From positions 767,518-831,517 of the forward strand of contig CAWJTA010000003.1 in the NCBI GenBank assembly GCA_963845665.1: a DNA stretch of 64,000 nt. Direction: 5' to 3'. The position numbers and the translations under genes were made by a program. Of this stretch, positions 59,736 through 64,000 are shown one piece after another. Under the pieces are notes generated by a model. It ran no database searches and was not told the origin of the DNA. It was given only the letters and a program-made list of their open reading frames with translations. This DNA is from an uncultured Verrucomicrobiae bacterium (GTDB taxonomy: Bacteria; Verrucomicrobiota; Verrucomicrobiia; Limisphaerales; UBA11358). Position 1 is the first letter of the stretch; every line of letters starts with the position of its first letter.

Positions 59736-60911
59736 GTGGCAGAAGGTCCAGGACAATCAAGCCCGTTCGTCGTTGCCACGCCGATTCGCACCAGTTGTGA
59801 TGACATGGCGCGCGCTTTGGACCAAGTTGGGAAACTGCGATTCATTGCCTTGGGCACGCGGCGTGGCATCGCACGGGTCCCACCGGAAAGGACGCGGTTG
59901 AATCCGCTCATCGGTCTGTCTGCTTACATCGCTGCACAAACAATGTCGCCATTCAAGGCCGAATCTTTCCGTTATCGGTTGCTCCCGTGGTTCGACCGTT
60001 GGGTGCTAAGGCAACTCCAGCCCGGGGGCCATATTATTTCAGGCTCCGGTCTTGTGAACGAATGTTTCCGGTTTGTGCGCCGTTATGGGGGCAAGACGCT
60101 TCTCGAAGCCGGAAATTCTCATATCGAAAATTTTTTCAAAATCATCAGTGACGAACATCGTCGCTGGAAATGTCCCTTGCCGCCGGGTCCGACCTACTGG
60201 TATGGGCGCGCCAGAACAATGCTGGAAGAAGGAGTGGATTACGTGCTTTCGCCAAGCTCGTATGTAACCAATTCATTTCTCGCACGCGGATTCAAGCCGG
60301 AACAAATATTGAAAGTCGTTTTCCCGCCGTTTAATTTTTCGCTCTTTCACCCTGCAAAAGAACCGCGCCCGAAAAATCGACCTCTGACTCTCATCAACAC
60401 TGGCAGCCTGTCATTGCGCAAGGGCACGCCGTATTTGCTGGAGGCGTTCCGCATCGTGCGAAACAAAATTCCCAACGCTCGTCTGCGACTAAGGCGGAAC
60501 ATCGAGGACAGCATGCGTGACATTCTGCCTAAATTTGGCGATTTGCCGATTGAATGGCTGCCCGCGATGCCGTACGCCCAATTGGCGGAACAACTCCGCG
60601 AGGCCGACATTTTTATTTTGCCTTCGCTGGAAGAGGGACTGGCGCGGGTGACTTGCGAAGCGATGGCATGCGGTTTGCCAATTATTGTAACGCCCCATAC
60701 CGGCGCGGATGATTTTGTCCAACCCGGCCTCAGCGGGGAAGTCGTGCCCATTCGTGACGCGCAAGCCACTGCGGATGCAATCTTAAAATGGGCCGATAAA
60801 ATTCTTTCGCCGGGCTGGCAGCCGCGCGTCTTGGCCAATTTGGAACCGCTCTCGCTTGATTATTTTGAGAAAAATTTTATCACACAGCTTCAAAGCATTG
60901 GCCTCGCATGA
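59736..60911 (+). CDS. GT4 glycosyltransferase
   Basis: SLRKG; PSLEEGLARVTCEAMACGLP. Confidence 0.9.
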   Translation: MAEGPGQSSPFVVATPIRTSCDDMARALDQVGKLRFIALGTRRGIARVPPERTRLNPLIGLSAYIAAQTMSPFKAESFRYRLLPWFDRWVLRQLQPGGHIISGSGLVNECFRFVRRYGGKTLLEAGNSHIENFFKIISDEHRRWKCPLPPGPTYWYGRARTMLEEGVDYVLSPSSYVTNSFLARGFKPEQILKVVFPPFNFSLFHPAKEPRPKNRPLTLINTGSLSLRKGTPYLLEAFRIVRNKIPNARLRLRRNIEDSMRDILPKFGDLPIEWLPAMPYAQLAEQLREADIFILPSLEEGLARVTCEAMACGLPIIVTPHTGADDFVQPGLSGEVVPIRDAQATADAILKWADKILSPGWQPRVLANLEPLSLDYFEKNFITQLQSIGLA

Positions 60912-60977
60912 AACAGCTTGATAATCCAAAAACGCTTTTTTCTAATTAGACCAGCCGGTCACGATGTTTAAAATATT

Positions 60978-61772
60978 ATGAATAGTTTTATTCGTGGTTT
61001 GTACCAAAGAGATTATCTTCGAAAAGCCTATAGAAGATATGTCCCGGAGTTTGTCAAAGCGCCAGTGTACAAGACTCTGACTCGAGTATTTCCGAATGAT
61101 TTTAGCCGCGCGGTGGAAGTAGATGCGGCATCAAGCCGTGAGTTTATGCGGAAGGCCTTCAGCATATTGGGGAACAACGGAATTACAGGAGACTATGCTG
61201 AGTTTGGCTGCGGCCGAGGTTCTTTTATTCCGGCGTACCAGGAGTCCCGGAAGGTCAAATTTAATTGCAACATGTGGGCCTTTGATTCATTTCGCGGTTT
61301 GCCTGCGCCCTCAGGGGCGGAAGACCAGCATCCCCGCTGGGTCGAAGGTGCCTACAAAACCGGCGTGGAAGAATTCAAGCGCTTCTGCAAAGAGGCCGGA
61401 TTATTGGAGTCCGAATACCATGTCGTTGAAGGTTTCTATGAAGAAACATTAATGCCGCCAAAACAGGCCCCACAGGGCGTAAAACTTCCCGAATCCATTG
61501 CGTTCGCCTATATTGACTGCGATTTGTACAGCTCGACCAGGACGGTTTTGAATTTTCTCGCCTCGCGGATTAAGCATGGAACGATCCTCGCGTTTGACGA
61601 CTATTTTTGTTACTCGTCCACCGCCCTCGCGGGCGAGCGGCTCGCTTGCGCTGAGTTTCTGAAAGAAAATCCGGATTTCCACCTTTCGCCTTATTACCAG
61701 TTTCATTGCGCGGGCATGTCATTCATCGTTGAGGACAAAAAATTGTGGAAGACTGTTGACCCGCGCCCTTGA
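60978..61772 (+). CDS. TylF/MycF/NovP-type sugar O-methyltransferase
   Basis: GDYAEFG, FDSFRGLP, IDCDLYSS, FDDY. Confidence 0.88.
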   Translation: MNSFIRGLYQRDYLRKAYRRYVPEFVKAPVYKTLTRVFPNDFSRAVEVDAASSREFMRKAFSILGNNGITGDYAEFGCGRGSFIPAYQESRKVKFNCNMWAFDSFRGLPAPSGAEDQHPRWVEGAYKTGVEEFKRFCKEAGLLESEYHVVEGFYEETLMPPKQAPQGVKLPESIAFAYIDCDLYSSTRTVLNFLASRIKHGTILAFDDYFCYSSTALAGERLACAEFLKENPDFHLSPYYQFHCAGMSFIVEDKKLWKTVDPRP

Positions 61773-61898
61773 ACTTCCTTCCAAAAACTTTCATGATGTG
61801 GCCCGTGCCGAATACGCGCCATTTGACGATCCTCAGGCGGAATTCATCAGCCGATTGACTGAGCTTGAACTGATCTAATAATCTCCGAGAGATATTTT

Positions 61899-62579
61899 GT
61901 GCTCAAACTCCCAAAGTCCATTAGAGATCTGCGTTACCGGCTTTTTTTTGGCCTGATATTGAGCCGCCGTTTCGAACTGGCCACTCTTTGTGCGCCAGGC
62001 TCCGTTTGCCCGTGGACGATCTGTCCGGATGGATTGAATGCCAACAGTGTCATTTACAGCGGCGGCGTCGGCAGTGATATTTCATTCGAACATGAACTTG
62101 TCCGGCGATTTGGCTGCGAGGTTGTACTTTTAGATCCGTCACCCATGGGGCTGAAAACGATGGCATTGCCGGAAAATAATATTCCACAATTTCATTATTT
62201 CCGATTGGCCCTCTCTGGACGCACAGGCACGCTGGAACTAGCGTCGCCGCTTCAGGGAGATTGGTCTGCGAAACACAATTCCAGTGTCAAAATTGAGGTG
62301 CCTTGCACAGATTTGCTCTCACTCATGCGTCAAAACCACCATGATCATATCGATTTCCTCAAGCTGGATATCGAGGGCAGCGAATACGAGGTGATTGACG
62401 ACTTTCTGAAGCGCCGAATACCCGTTCACCAGCTCAGCGTGGAGTTCCATCATTCTATCATACCGGGCATCCGTCGTTCCCAGACCATCCGCGTCATATT
62501 CAAATTAATCGCCCGTGGTTACAAATCGATCTGCCTGGAAGGGGAGAATTACACGTTCATCCTCAATCAAAAGGTCTGA
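61899..62579 (+). CDS. FkbM-family methyltransferase
   Basis: YSGGVGSDISFE, LKLDIEGSEY, VEFHH. Confidence 0.85.
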   Translation: MLKLPKSIRDLRYRLFFGLILSRRFELATLCAPGSVCPWTICPDGLNANSVIYSGGVGSDISFEHELVRRFGCEVVLLDPSPMGLKTMALPENNIPQFHYFRLALSGRTGTLELASPLQGDWSAKHNSSVKIEVPCTDLLSLMRQNHHDHIDFLKLDIEGSEYEVIDDFLKRRIPVHQLSVEFHHSIIPGIRRSQTIRVIFKLIARGYKSICLEGENYTFILNQKV

Positions 62580-62699
62580 CAAGCTGCTCAATAGCGTGAG
62601 CGTGCTTATGGCTAGATTCCTTGATTCCTTTTTGAACATCGACAAAACGGCCAACAAAATGTTAGACTTGTGGGATGTGCCCGGAATCTCAGAAATAAT

Positions 62700-63395
62700 A
62701 TGGAGCGAGTAAATATAGAAGCTTGCGAAGATTCTTTTCAAGTTGTGATGCATCGGGCTCGATACGATTTTGTGCTTGATCGTTTGCCAGCAGGTGAAAC
62801 CATTCTCGAAATTGGCGTTGGCGCGGCGGTCTTCAGCCAGGAACTGATCGCCAAAGCTGCAAGCTATAATGGTATTGACTACGACAAGGATACCGTAGAT
62901 GCGGCGCGCCGCCGAACTGACGGCAAGGCTGACATTATCCAAGCCGATGCGCGAAAGCTTCCGTTTAATGACGACCAATTTTCATTTATCGTTTGCCTGG
63001 AGGTCCTGGAGCACCTTGGAGATTGGCAGGCGGGTGTCCGCACCATTCACCGCTGTCTTAAGGCTGAAGGAAAGGCGATCATTTCAGTTCCATATCGGCG
63101 CGTCGGCGGCAAAAGCGAAAGCAATCAATACCATCTTTACGAGCCCGGAGAACGGGAACTGGTTTCATTGTTCAGGGATCTTTTCAGGGACGTTGAGGTC
63201 TACTACCAATTTTTCACTGAGACACGATTGATGACCGCCGCCAGGCTGCTTCACGCCAGGCGTTTACTCGGCCTTCACCGAATTTATGCCGAATTATCGG
63301 CAGGTGAACCTCGGGCTACTTCGAGGTTAAAAATTGCACAGGAATCGGAAGGAATGACGATGGGAGTGCTCCTGGTTGCAGAAGGAAAGAAGTAA
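62700..63395 (+). CDS. Class I SAM-dependent methyltransferase
   Basis: HRARY, LEIGVGAA, EVLEHL, NQYH. Confidence 0.85.
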   Translation: MERVNIEACEDSFQVVMHRARYDFVLDRLPAGETILEIGVGAAVFSQELIAKAASYNGIDYDKDTVDAARRRTDGKADIIQADARKLPFNDDQFSFIVCLEVLEHLGDWQAGVRTIHRCLKAEGKAIISVPYRRVGGKSESNQYHLYEPGERELVSLFRDLFRDVEVYYQFFTETRLMTAARLLHARRLLGLHRIYAELSAGEPRATSRLKIAQESEGMTMGVLLVAEGKK

Positions 63396-63430
63396 ACGGT
63401 TGATTGGTTTTACCTTGTCTCCATGTGCAT

Positions 63431-64000
63431 TCAGCGGTCCCGGTTTTTGAACATGGACAAAAAGATATCCTTTTCCTGTTGAAAATCCTTCAATCGGATT
63501 CCGATGATTCGCAGGACAATCACGAGGACACCGGTGTCCGCTGCAATCAGCAGGCTGATGTTGGCAAGATTGTGCGGTGGTACGAAAGTTCGGATTAAAA
63601 GACCGAAAGCGAGCGTCGCCATCGCCAGCAGCCAGTGTTTTACCGACACTTTCCACCAGGATAGGCCGAGTTGCCGCGCTGCATACCGTCCCAGGGCAAG
63701 TTGATAGACCGTTTGGATCATGACTGCCGACAGGGCTACCGCAAAAATGGAGCAGTTCATCCCCAGGAACGAACTGGATTTCACCGCGGCGAAAGCCAAT
63801 CCAAAGTTTATCACCGAGGCAAGCAGCGCGACCACGCCGCTATATCGGATTCCGCCTTCGCAGCAGCGATAGGCAAGGACCGTGCCCATCAATCCAGCAC
63901 TGTTTACGGCCAGAAGTCCACCAAATGCCGCCTGCCAATATAGCGGCACCAAAAAATCCCGCCCCAGCCAGAGCTTCATAAAGGCGTCGTTTCCCTGCAA
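63431..64000 (-). CDS. C-terminal part of a polytopic membrane protein, probably a Wzx-type polysaccharide flippase (truncated by the window edge)
   Basis: Consecutive TM helices; FMKLWLG motif; polysaccharide-locus context. Confidence 0.6.
   Translation of the reverse strand: MQGNDAFMKLWLGRDFLVPLYWQAAFGGLLAVNSAGLMGTVLAYRCCEGGIRYSGVVALLASVINFGLAFAAVKSSSFLGMNCSIFAVALSAVMIQTVYQLALGRYAARQLGLSWWKVSVKHWLLAMATLAFGLLIRTFVPPHNLANISLLIAADTGVLVIVLRIIGIRLKDFQQEKDIFLSMFKNRDR

Overview
Bacterial chromosomal segment, about 55-57% GC by eye. Gene content suggests Verrucomicrobiota (Pedosphaerales/Limisphaerales-like); this is an inference from the prepilin/H-X9-DG protein, the shared C-terminal module on secreted enzymes and the repeat families. 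From left to right: a pseudopilin-like/GH13/TPR-SGNH/sulfatase cluster; a complete IS110-family element whose ends can be mapped; a frameshift-split alpha-2-macroglobulin with an internal LysM domain; phoU; a CYP152-like P450 lacking its axial Cys; tRNA-Pro(GGG); a CheB-CheR fusion and PAS hybrid kinase followed by an RRM-infA-rpoZ-desaturase cluster; an ArsR/SRPBCC/YdeI operon; a DUF433/PIN-like toxin-antitoxin pair; NfeD-flotillin; purM; an RND efflux operon; an S53 protease; tRNA-Gly(GCC); ubiE/menG; purU; and a surface-polysaccharide locus rich in methyltransferases. The strongest lead is the IS110 element (8800-10462). It sits inside one copy of a 110-bp chromosomal repeat whose intact twin lies 527 bp away, and it carries a ~470-nt structured 3' non-coding region, a candidate bridge/seek RNA, with short matches to its own junctions. 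No CRISPR array, rRNA, phage or retron was seen. All assignments come from motif recognition by eye; no database searches were run.
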